Shown here one piece after another: positions 1 through 8,267 of a DNA stretch of 32,000 nt; position 1 is the first letter of the stretch, and each line of letters starts with the position of its first letter. The notes under the pieces were generated by a model, which saw nothing but the letters and a program-made list of their open reading frames with translations, had not been told where the DNA came from and did not search any database. The stretch lies in the NCBI GenBank assembly GCA_964354495.1, contig CAYHAA010000011.1, forward strand, positions 30,001 to 62,000, written 5' to 3'. This stretch comes from an uncultured archaeon (lineage in GTDB: Archaea > Asgardarchaeota > Thorarchaeia > Thorarchaeales > Thorarchaeaceae). The translations under genes were made by a program, and so were the position numbers.

Positions 1-554
1 CGGAGAAAACGACTTCCTAATACTGACTCCTCAAGTTTCGATACGTCCAGCTTTCCTCTGCTGAGCTTCGGCCTAGCCTTCTTGAAGATCTCCCATTGAG
101 CTTCCTCTACTCTTGAAACCAAGAAGGCGAAGTCATCGCGTCTGAGTGATGTGGGCATCAAATAGCGAAGGTCCCCTTTTGCAATGAGCCCGTCGGCTGT
201 GTCAAGGCACATGTTCCGGACCCTTCTTCTGCCTGCATTCCAACTTGCTTCGCTGGTCATCGCAGTCACGACATCTGGCGTAGATATCTCCGATATCAGA
301 CCAAAAGAGAGAATGTCAAGGGCTCCAAACACTGCCTCTCTAAGTAGGAGAAGGGTCTCTGCGACATCCTGCTCTGGGTTCTCCTTGTTCCAGTAGGTCT
401 GAATATCCTTGTACATTCGATGCCAAGGATTCTCTTCTCGGTCCCTGTAGTATCCCTTCATTAGTTCTGCTACCGCGTTCATGTCACCTCGCCTGCTCAG
501 ATCACAGACTCTCTGAACATAGGCCAAGTGTGTTATTCCTTTGCTGCGGCGCAT
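1..554 (-). CDS. Hypothetical protein, 3' end runs off the left edge (at least 184 aa)
   Basis: Absent from the ORF track because it is truncated. Hand translation from ATG at 554 is open to the edge: MRRSKGITHLAYVQRVCDLSRRGDMNAVAELMKGYYRDREENPWHRMYKDIQTYW...SVLGSRFL. Helical, protein-like composition; no family recognised. Confidence 0.75.
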   Translation of the reverse strand, partial: MRRSKGITHLAYVQRVCDLSRRGDMNAVAELMKGYYRDREENPWHRMYKDIQTYWNKENPEQDVAETLLLLREAVFGALDILSFGLISEISTPDVVTAMTSEASWNAGRRRVRNMCLDTADGLIAKGDLRYLMPTSLRRDDFAFLVSRVEEAQWEIFKKARPKLSRGKLDVSKLEESVLGSRFL

Positions 555-647
555 TGTGCTCAGGGACTGCAGCCTCCCGACTCAATCACACGAGAAGAGG
601 GCTATTTGCCTTTTGTGTTGTTGTATTAGCAGCAGGTCTGATAGACG

Positions 648-687
648 AAAAAAAGGAAAGAGGAGATGCTGATTGCGACAGCATCTC
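648..687 (-). terminator. Hairpin plus U-tract terminator of the surface-protein gene
   Basis: Perfect 9-bp stem GAGATGCTG (663-671) / CAGCATCTC (679-687) with a 7-nt loop, starting 7 nt after the TAA. On the minus strand it is followed by CTCTTTCCTTTTTTT (T7 at 654-648). Confidence 0.75.
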
Positions 688-694
688 TAATGGA

Positions 695-3193
695 TTACTT
701 GCTCTTCTTCTTCATCACAATGACGATGACTACAATGACTGCAGCAATACCACCGACAATCGCGGCGATCAGCAATGGGTCAATGCCAAACGGCCCTGGT
801 GCAATGTACTCTGTCACGTTCAGAACTACTAGATCCGAAGCGCTATAGCCAAGTCTATCATAGACAGTGAGCTGGTACTCTGTGCTGGATGCATTCAAGC
901 CATCTACATTGACTGTGATGTTGCCACCGCTCCAGTGTGTAGCGGCTAGTGGAGTACCATTGACACTCAAGACATACTCCCATGCACCAGCTGCTGTAGT
1001 TGGGGCCCATGTAATCTCGTTTCCAGTTTCTGTTTCCATGTAGATGACGTCAGCTGGATGATCGATGGTAGGTCGAGCGTAGTATACGAACGCGATTTCG
1101 TTCTCCCACAGCTCCCAGTTGTCCGCGTAGGTCGAGTCATCGAGGTCTCCATCGAACTCATCTATTAGGTATGCATTGTAAAGTGTTCTCCCATTATTCG
1201 ATAGCACAATGGTTGCATTACCGGCCGCTGGATTTGTTGTCCATCCAGCAAGAGCTGCCCCCTCCATGACTGTGACTAGGTCTCCTTCGTCACCATAGTC
1301 CCCGGTAGGCGTGAAGTTGTTCGCAGAGTAGGAGGCCGGCAGGTTGAATATGCCATGAGCTGGGCTCCAGATGTGCATTGGAGATGAGTCTGGTGCGTCA
1401 AGTGCGAATTCAAACCCAAGGGACACCCACAGCGGGCTTGCTGGGTAGTTATCGACTTGGAAGCCGCTCATGATGAACTTGCCTCCGCCATCAACATAAT
1501 CCGCGAAATCCTGATAGTAGCTGCCTATACTGAACCATGGATTGTCAACAATCACCATGGCCCATGTGCCAGCATACAGAGAGAGATTCAGGTAGCTAGC
1601 GTCGCTGGTAATGTAATACTTGATACCCAAGTCATTTAGCGCCTTCGCGACGGGTGTTACAAGACTACTGTAACTATTGGGCTCATCAGTGTAGACCAAG
1701 ACATCTGCAGTCCCTGATGATAGCCAATTGATAACATTCACTGCAAAAATCCTGTTGTCATCATTATCGATGTTGTTATGGTCTAGGAAATTGATGTCGC
1801 CTGAAACAATGACTCTACCGTAACCAACTTCAGAACCAGCGACTGCGATATTAGGTCCTTGCCTGATTACTGAGTACGCAGCTCCTGTGATATTGATCCA
1901 CTCGCCACCCGCGATGTAGATGTCGCTGATGCTCTCAAGAACGGGATGGTTGTCGAGATCTGTCGCTGTGAATGTACCCATTGGATCGTAATCACCTGTG
2001 ATGTTGAAACCCCAAGGAGCTATGAGCTCATTCATGTTCTCATGGCCCTCTGGATTGATGCTATTGTAGTCCGTAAGATAAAAGAGACCTCCTCCGTTCG
2101 CAACAAACGGCCTGATAACATTCGTCATCTCGCTCGTTGAGTAGTTGTACGCTGGAAGATTGATTACCAGCACATCAAAGGGTGCAATGTCCGAGGCAGT
2201 AAGCGTTCTATCGACTGATGGATACAGCTTGTCAACGGTATAAGAACGATTCACCAAGAAGTCTCTCCAGATATTGTATCTGGGCACATGACTCACGTTC
2301 TCGTCCCATTCGTCAACGCCATAGTAGGACATCTTTGAGAAATCAAAGGCTATCCTTGCCTTCGGTCTTGGAGCAAGCCAGTCAATCGAGTCAATGATGA
2401 TTGGACTCAGCCAAGAAGGAATAGGACTGCCACTTGTCGGCACTTGCACAATCTTGCCTCCTCTATTAGGATTGTCGAAAGCTACTACTAACGGTATGAC
2501 AGCAGATGCATTCCAAACCACTAGCGAACGCATTCGATCTCCAACGATAGGAGGAAGATTGATGCCGTTGACTATTGTGAAATTCCCAGAGGGCATAGAG
2601 AACTCAACATCGAGAGCGTAGGCTCTTGTGACAGGATGACGCTCATTCACCCTGACCTTCAGAACATCTTGGCTCATTGCCCAATACCCAGGGACTGCTG
2701 GCGGAGTCAACTCAAAATCACCTTCTAGACTTGAGTCGATCATCCCAGCATAGAAGCAGTATCCAATACTGGCATCGAAGCTAAGGATTCCTCCGCCTCC
2801 AAGCCAGTAGTCTTTGATGTGGTTGACTATGCTCTCTCTTGGCAATTGATTTGGCAAGACAAAGGCATCGTAGTCAGCAACCATCAGTTCGCGATCTAGA
2901 ATGTCCTGAGTCGTCAATGCTGTCACTGTATACCCTGCCGACACAAGGAAATTGATGACGTTCTGATAGTAGCCAGTATACACACCTCCCGTTGCGTATG
3001 ATGGCAGAGTCGTATTCGACTCTGCGTATACTGCAACTCTCAAGGTCTCCTGAGCAAACTGAGCTGGTACAGAACTATCAACTTGCATCAGATTGGCTTG
3101 AGTGTTATTCATTCCTGGAACCATCGCTGGTGCAAGAATGAACAACGGGAGGATCAAAATACTTAGGATAAAGACGTGCTTAACACTCGTCAT
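695..3193 (-). CDS. Large membrane-anchored cell-surface protein: signal peptide, three tandem alpha/beta (DUF4350/GIFT/class I GATase-like) modules, Ig-like domain, C-terminal TM
   Basis: Hydrophobic N-terminus (VFILSILILPLFILA). Three modules each contain D-x-h-h-h and a 'YW/FV/YV-xx-GGG-h' motif. Ig-like unit PTIDHPADVIY...YQLTVYD...V. C-terminal TM LLIAAIVGGIAAVIVVIVIV followed by MKKKSK. About 15 N-x-S/T sequons counted by hand. Confidence 0.9.
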   Translation of the reverse strand: MTSVKHVFILSILILPLFILAPAMVPGMNNTQANLMQVDSSVPAQFAQETLRVAVYAESNTTLPSYATGGVYTGYYQNVINFLVSAGYTVTALTTQDILDRELMVADYDAFVLPNQLPRESIVNHIKDYWLGGGGILSFDASIGYCFYAGMIDSSLEGDFELTPPAVPGYWAMSQDVLKVRVNERHPVTRAYALDVEFSMPSGNFTIVNGINLPPIVGDRMRSLVVWNASAVIPLVVAFDNPNRGGKIVQVPTSGSPIPSWLSPIIIDSIDWLAPRPKARIAFDFSKMSYYGVDEWDENVSHVPRYNIWRDFLVNRSYTVDKLYPSVDRTLTASDIAPFDVLVINLPAYNYSTSEMTNVIRPFVANGGGLFYLTDYNSINPEGHENMNELIAPWGFNITGDYDPMGTFTATDLDNHPVLESISDIYIAGGEWINITGAAYSVIRQGPNIAVAGSEVGYGRVIVSGDINFLDHNNIDNDDNRIFAVNVINWLSSGTADVLVYTDEPNSYSSLVTPVAKALNDLGIKYYITSDASYLNLSLYAGTWAMVIVDNPWFSIGSYYQDFADYVDGGGKFIMSGFQVDNYPASPLWVSLGFEFALDAPDSSPMHIWSPAHGIFNLPASYSANNFTPTGDYGDEGDLVTVMEGAALAGWTTNPAAGNATIVLSNNGRTLYNAYLIDEFDGDLDDSTYADNWELWENEIAFVYYARPTIDHPADVIYMETETGNEITWAPTTAAGAWEYVLSVNGTPLAATHWSGGNITVNVDGLNASSTEYQLTVYDRLGYSASDLVVLNVTEYIAPGPFGIDPLLIAAIVGGIAAVIVVIVIVMKKKSK

Positions 3194-3199
3194 ATCAAA

Positions 3200-3236
3200 C
3201 TCCTCGAGGTTCTAAATGAATGTGAGTGATTATAAA
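3200..3236 (-). promoter_or_regulatory. Archaeal TATA box and Shine-Dalgarno of the surface-protein gene
   Basis: Minus-strand TTTATAAT at 3236-3229 and GAGGAG at 3205-3200, 6 nt before the ATG at 3193. Confidence 0.6.
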
Positions 3237-3291
3237 GCTTCAAAGAAAACTGACCCACAATCAAGAACGACAAAAAAGGGGAAAGCGGAAT

Positions 3292-3798
3292 CTAACCTGC
3301 CAAATCCCTATCGAACTCTGCTTTCTCTCTGAGCAGATTCTGTCCCTCCTCCACCAGCGCCTTCATTCCTGTATCATATTCATCCTTGGTTATCTTTTTT
3401 CTCTCTAAATGGAGTTCGAGCAGAGCTTTTCTATCCTTGACATCTTGAAGTTGACCATGGATGGCCTTCTCCCGGGCCTTCGTCATGATGCGATTCCGAC
3501 TCGCTTTGCTTTTCGACGTAGTTCGCACTTCGTCGCCTTTCTTCTTTCGTGAAGAAACCAATGGCTCTCGAAGTTCAGTCTTGCTTGGACTTACAAGCAT
3601 CTGAGGCGGCCTTATGTTTTCTTTCGGAGGTGTTGTAGTCGTCGTAGGTGGCACGCTAACGATTGTGATTCCATTGGCAGATTTCTGGGAATCTATTGGG
3701 CTTGATGATTTGAGTTGTTTTCCCTCTGAGAGAGCCATCTTGGCTAGTTCTTCCTTGTATTTCTTCAATCGTGCTTCGGGCGTTGACTCATTTGCCAA
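3292..3798 (-). CDS. Hypothetical protein, 168 aa, low-complexity linker and C-terminal coiled coil (possible SHOCT-like segment)
   Basis: TTG start. Charged helical N-terminus, PPTTTTTPP linker, C-terminal LERKKITKDEYDTGMKAL. Confidence 0.75.
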   Translation of the reverse strand: MANESTPEARLKKYKEELAKMALSEGKQLKSSSPIDSQKSANGITIVSVPPTTTTTPPKENIRPPQMLVSPSKTELREPLVSSRKKKGDEVRTTSKSKASRNRIMTKAREKAIHGQLQDVKDRKALLELHLERKKITKDEYDTGMKALVEEGQNLLREKAEFDRDLAG

Positions 3799-3943
3799 GG
3801 CTCAATCTCTCACTTCGATTTCTTATATCTGACTAATCCTAATGTCGAGGGAAAGGGATTCCCAACCTCTTCTCCTTCTGGATTCACTATTAACTATTCG
3901 TCGTGTGCCTAAACCCTCAATAGCGCTTTTACGCAGCCTCCAG

Positions 3944-5137
3944 CTAGAAGAAAGTGGGTTCGGTTTCGCTTACATGCTTTGGGGGTTTCATCTTCATCGT
4001 CTTCGAAGGAGAGAGCAGTTCAACAAGCTTGTATTTGCGAGACCCCATTCCAAGTTTTTCCGCATATCGAAGCGCAATGTATGGGGACTTCATAGCTCCA
4101 TGGAGCTGTTCAAACGGATGCAATCCTGGATCTTTGTGGACCCTGAAGAAAGGTGGAATCATACTCTCTACGATTCCTTCCTTGGCAATCAGGTCAAGTG
4201 TAGCTGTTTCCACTGCCACTATATCTCTGCTTCCGAGTACACCTATGTCATTTACGATATTTGGTTGCCCAACTCCCCAGCAATCGCAGTAGGCTGTTAT
4301 TGATATGGCAAAATTGATGAAGAATCGCTTTGTTTCATCGAATGTTTTCAGGACGTTGTCTGCCGCGATTGCCATCAGTTCCAGAAAGAGAGCGTAGTTC
4401 TCCGGTCTGAGTGTAAGACATTCGACCTCTCGGTCTGCCTCTATACAGTCTAGACATTGATGGCACATGCCAAAGTCAAGAGTCAGTTCGTGGTTCTCTT
4501 CCTTGTACGAGATGCAGTGATTCTTACATGCTTCAACGAGTTTCTTTGCATGTTCTGGCGTACATTTCTTTGCATCCCAGTAGGGAATCGATCTCTCGAT
4601 TCCATGAATCCTGCGCCACCTTGTTTGAGCCGAATAGCCACCAATGGCAATGTTCTTTATTGCCCCTCCTAATCCGCAATTATTATGCCCCTTCACGTGT
4701 GAAAGGTCAATAAGAGCATCTGCATCGTGAAGCACCCCGCTCATATCAAGAGACTGGATGCCATGAAAGTCAACCCTTGATTCATAGACATACTTGTCTT
4801 TCACGCCTGCTATCGGGATAATGGGGCACCCGCATGTTTCCTGTGTGTATCCTCTATTCACAGCATTATAGACAGAGGTGGGATTATCAGTGACAAATGG
4901 AAACGCACCAGTTTTCTTGACTGCATTCACAATCCGTCGCACAAAGAACACTGGGACTGTCTGGTATCCATCTTGATATCCCAGATGCATTTTGATTGCT
5001 ACCTTGTCTTTCTTCTCGATTGTTGAGAGATCGAGTTTCTTTACAACTTCATCTACCTTCGCTGCAAACGAGGCGAATTTGCCCATGTTCCCTTGCTTGA
5101 CAGAACCAAAGTAAACAACGGGAGTGTCCGAACTCAT
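3944..5137 (-). CDS. DUF362 domain Fe-S protein with a ferredoxin-like insert
   Basis: VAIKMHLG motif, HVKGH-x3-G-x-GGAIKN-x-A-x-G, Cys insert CKNHC...CHQCLDC, then YCDC and GVLGSRDIVAVETA. TATA-like TTTTATTT lies 22-29 nt upstream of the ATG. Confidence 0.88.
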   Translation of the reverse strand: MSSDTPVVYFGSVKQGNMGKFASFAAKVDEVVKKLDLSTIEKKDKVAIKMHLGYQDGYQTVPVFFVRRIVNAVKKTGAFPFVTDNPTSVYNAVNRGYTQETCGCPIIPIAGVKDKYVYESRVDFHGIQSLDMSGVLHDADALIDLSHVKGHNNCGLGGAIKNIAIGGYSAQTRWRRIHGIERSIPYWDAKKCTPEHAKKLVEACKNHCISYKEENHELTLDFGMCHQCLDCIEADREVECLTLRPENYALFLELMAIAADNVLKTFDETKRFFINFAISITAYCDCWGVGQPNIVNDIGVLGSRDIVAVETATLDLIAKEGIVESMIPPFFRVHKDPGLHPFEQLHGAMKSPYIALRYAEKLGMGSRKYKLVELLSPSKTMKMKPPKHVSETEPTFF

Positions 5138-5191
5138 GCGCTAGAGCTGTGACTTGTCAAATAAAACAGTTCCTGAATACGTTGAGATTTG

Positions 5192-5323
5192 GAGAAAGGA
5201 TGCAAAAACGAAAGAAAGCTAGGGATGATACATTGATTTCCGAGGTCGCATCCTTTCTCGTCCCTCTGTCGAGTAATCGACGGAGTTCCGGTGGGGAAAC
5301 TCAAGTATGCTCTAGATTCTTTC
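5192..5323. ncRNA. Candidate structured RNA or cis-regulatory element (unassigned)
   Basis: Perfect 12-bp inverted repeat 5192-5203 / 5248-5259. GTCGA-GTAA-TCGAC hairpin at 5268-5281. GAGTT..AACTC hairpin at 5283-5302. Imperfect long-range pairing 5210-5222 / 5312-5323. Confidence 0.3.
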
Positions 5324-5397
5324 AATAAAAGGTGGATGTCCTAGGTATTCAATGCGCAAATACCGCAAATCAAAGCGCGCAACACAAACGGCACTCA

Positions 5398-5973
5398 TCA
5401 TGTTGTCATAGACTGGCCGAAAGGCTTCCTGAGAAGATTTCCAAGTCCAAAACCGACCAGAAGGTAGAAACCATAGAAGGTCAGACCAAATCCTTCAGCG
5501 GTTGGCTTTCCCAGTATTCCTGTGAGAAATGGCAGAGCTTTTTCGATATTGAAAGGCAAGACTGCGACAATCCCGCCTTGAAAGATCGCCCCCAGAATTG
5601 TGAAGGCCAATATGAACGGGATATAGAAATAGCACATTGGCTTCATTCTAGCGCTCATCATTGAACTATTGATACGCATGATTCTGCCCTGATCACTAGC
5701 CAATTCTTGGAGCGCTACTGGATCCTTGCTTTTCCTTGCAGCTTTCAACTTATCCTGCCATACCTTCACCTCTGCCATGTCTTGCTTCATCTTCTCGACA
5801 TCGGTGAACTTGTTCGTGGCCCAAATAGACATCAGTGCAAGTCCAACATTGACGAGGACGACAAGAATGGCTGACCACGGAGGAGTTGCCATTGGCTGGA
5901 AAAGATTGGCGACAAATTGCAGGAAATCGCTCCATGGATCCATTTCTGAAACACTCAAACTGCTGAACAACAC
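5398..5973 (-). CDS. DUF106 / EMC3-TMCO1 family (Oxa1 superfamily) membrane insertase-like protein
   Basis: TM1, then a cytosolic coiled coil (DVEKMKQDMAEVKVWQDKLKAARK), then MKPM-x3-IPF TM2 and a C-terminal TM with Y-x-L and LLRKPFG. The real start may be the ATG at 5943. Confidence 0.88.
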   Translation of the reverse strand: MLFSSLSVSEMDPWSDFLQFVANLFQPMATPPWSAILVVLVNVGLALMSIWATNKFTDVEKMKQDMAEVKVWQDKLKAARKSKDPVALQELASDQGRIMRINSSMMSARMKPMCYFYIPFILAFTILGAIFQGGIVAVLPFNIEKALPFLTGILGKPTAEGFGLTFYGFYLLVGFGLGNLLRKPFGQSMTT

Positions 5974-6043
5974 GGTGCCATTTTAAAGTTATAGCTTGGG
6001 GGAGAACTCACTCTACACAGAATTGTACTGCATTTGAGAGGAA

Positions 6044-6468
6044 CGTGTACTTTCTTGAATTGATGAATCGTTCTATCCCTGTTTAATTCACCTTGGTTTC
6101 TGATGGAAGAAGTCGTTGCACTAATACAGCCATTCGTCCCGCTTCGTCCATGCTATTGAACCTGCAAGTGAGTACACGCAGCATCTCAAAGAATGTACAC
6201 GTTAGCCTCTGCGAATCATTTCACTGAATACTCGAAATGTACACGTCGATGCATTTCGCGCGCTTTGGAAGCTGATGGAAGCTAATAATATGTCAAGATA
6301 GCTCTAATGTTCTATCTTTGGCATAGAACGTGCATGTTTGTTCTCAAATCACATCACAGATGTTACATTTGTTCCGTCATCATACTCAATCATACTCAAA
6401 TGTGTGGCGCGAAATAGCGGCGTTTACCAGTCAAAACCGTATATGTTTATATTATGGTAAGCGTGTAC
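6044..6468. repeat. Cluster of five GTACACGY motifs
   Basis: GTACACG on + at 6172, 6195 and 6239; on - at 6044-6050 and 6462-6468. Confidence 0.75.
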
Positions 6469-6493
6469 TCTCCCTGTCTGACCGCCGGGAGGT
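6446..6493 (+). promoter_or_regulatory. TATA box and Shine-Dalgarno of the 88-aa ORF
   Basis: TTTATATT at 6446-6453 and GGGAGGT at 6487-6493. Confidence 0.6.
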
Positions 6494-6505
6494 AAAGACA
6501 CTTTG

Positions 6506-6772
6506 ATGATGTTCAGCAGAATGCTCAGAAGACAGGGTTTCTATCGTGTTAAGAACCAGGAAGAGCCTGTTTACATGAAACATGGTGTTGGCCTGGGAGG
6601 AATATATGTACGAATCTGTGAGAAGAAAGCTTTGGTACAGGTTCGTGATCTTGGTATTCAAGAAGAGTTCACAAAGGTCAAGAAGCTTGAGAATTTTATC
6701 AACAATCTCGATGACCAAGCCTATCGCGAAAAGTGTTTCATTGTCCACCGAATGCGCGGGTCAGGATCATAA
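6506..6772 (+). CDS. Small basic hypothetical protein (about 88 aa)
   Basis: Has its own TATA box and SD. Alpha/beta-like sequence GFYRVK...VYMKHGVGLGGIYVRI. Start could be TTG 6503, ATG 6506 or ATG 6509. Confidence 0.8.
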   Translation: MMFSRMLRRQGFYRVKNQEEPVYMKHGVGLGGIYVRICEKKALVQVRDLGIQEEFTKVKKLENFINNLDDQAYREKCFIVHRMRGSGS

Positions 6773-6886
6773 GTTCATCTCTCTTTTCTCTATCCCGAGG
6801 TATGGCGGGCATACAATGTGCTCGCCTACCTCTTCATTATTGAGTTACATTGAAATACGACTCTCTAATTTTGGTTGTGAAGTTGC

Positions 6887-8239
6887 TTGAAAGACATAGT
6901 CAGTGGCATACAGAAAGCAATAGTTGAGAGGAATTTTCCTGCAAGCAGTCATCTTCTCGACCATGCGAGAAAGAACAACCAGATTGCTGATGTTGCGAAA
7001 CTGCTTGAGGTTGACTATGACCCGTATCCACAGCACACGCTCGAGCTAAGAGACCATGTCACCTATTACCTAGGAATGTGGGACGTGTACTTTGCAGTAC
7101 AAATATCATCGACCAATATGCTTAGACTGTTGACGGATCATGTTGAGGGCGACGTTCAAGTATTCATGATTGATTTTGTAAAATGGCTTCTTGATCAGAG
7201 GGATTCCCGGTTCAATCAGTTCTATGCTTCCGTTGAGATCATTAGCAAAGGGCACTATGCTGTCGTGTTGCCCCAGATTCTCACTCTAAGGTCCGAAGAA
7301 CTCGAGAACTGTATTATCTACTACAAACGCGGGTCCGTCCCCCTCTGCTGCACTGTCAATCTACTGCAGACCTACTATGGCCAGAAGATCGTTTCCGCAA
7401 TATCGAATGATGAAATCTTTGAAAGTGTGGTCAGTGAGAAGACCTTTGGCATCATCGCAGAGAGCCTGCAAAGTGCAGGACTGGATGTTTCAAAAATGCT
7501 TGTGGGCGTCGATTCAGCGGAGTGGGAGGATATCGTATGCAAAGTGGGCAAAATCGAGTCACACAATGAGGACGCCAAAGAACTGAGAACTCTCCATAGG
7601 GTGCATGCTGCTCGGTCTGAGATTTTCCTTGACAGCTTCAGAAAACAGGCTGCAGCGTTGGATACTATTCTCAATGCCAAGACTCAACTATGCAATGATG
7701 TATTGATGATGGTTGCCTCCGATGATGGGCACGATATGCGTCTGCGCGCGTTGAAGGGTTTGGGCGATAATGGGGATTCCAATACCTTAGAGTTTCTGTC
7801 AGGTATGTTGAATGATGGAGAGCCAGCAGTTCGCAATGTTGTCGCCAGAGCCATATCCACCCTTGCATCTCATAGCAAATGGTCTAGCATTGGTCACAAG
7901 ATTCCTCAGAGCAAACTCAAAGCACCGAGTCTGGATATATCAAAGATAAACCGAATCCTAACCACCCTGGTAGCCAAAGGGATGCCCATCGCGATGATCG
8001 AAGACACCTTGATAGCAGTGGCAACACAGGGTGGCAGAAATGCTGTAGATATTCTCACGCGGCTTCTTGCAAAACCTGACGTCAGTATCAAGAAGGCTGT
8101 CATCAAGTCCTCGAGGCTACTGGAACGTGATGCTGCTGCTTCGATAATCCGGACGGCTCTTGATGATGAATCACCAGAGATTGTAACAATGGCAGAGGAA
8201 GAGCTGAACTCTCGATGGTCCGACGAGGTCTGGAAATGA
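6887..8239 (+). CDS. HEAT-repeat (PBS lyase-type) domain protein
   Basis: C-terminal repeats MRLRALKGLG, VRNVVARAIS, IKKAVIKS and DDESPEIVTMAEEEL. The N-terminal ~280 aa are unassigned. TTG start. Confidence 0.82.
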   Translation: MKDIVSGIQKAIVERNFPASSHLLDHARKNNQIADVAKLLEVDYDPYPQHTLELRDHVTYYLGMWDVYFAVQISSTNMLRLLTDHVEGDVQVFMIDFVKWLLDQRDSRFNQFYASVEIISKGHYAVVLPQILTLRSEELENCIIYYKRGSVPLCCTVNLLQTYYGQKIVSAISNDEIFESVVSEKTFGIIAESLQSAGLDVSKMLVGVDSAEWEDIVCKVGKIESHNEDAKELRTLHRVHAARSEIFLDSFRKQAAALDTILNAKTQLCNDVLMMVASDDGHDMRLRALKGLGDNGDSNTLEFLSGMLNDGEPAVRNVVARAISTLASHSKWSSIGHKIPQSKLKAPSLDISKINRILTTLVAKGMPIAMIEDTLIAVATQGGRNAVDILTRLLAKPDVSIKKAVIKSSRLLERDAAASIIRTALDDESPEIVTMAEEELNSRWSDEVWK

Positions 8240-8267
8240 GTATTGAGGATTTTCCATCAGTCGGAAC

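Noticed and set aside
184-848. + strand ORFs 184-396, 530-832 and 666-848
   Set aside because: They are antisense shadows of the truncated minus-strand gene and the surface-protein 3' end.
5210-5323. 5S rRNA (similar size, terminal helix, CAUA and GGAAA words on the minus strand)
   Set aside because: It lacks the conserved loop C (CCAUNCCGAAC) and loop E (AGUA) sequences, and helices II and III do not pair in the 5S geometry. Kept only as an unassigned structured-RNA candidate.
6044-6245. CRISPR array interpretation of the GTACACG repeats
   Set aside because: The repeats are only 7-9 bp, irregularly spaced and in both orientations, and there are no cas genes in the window.
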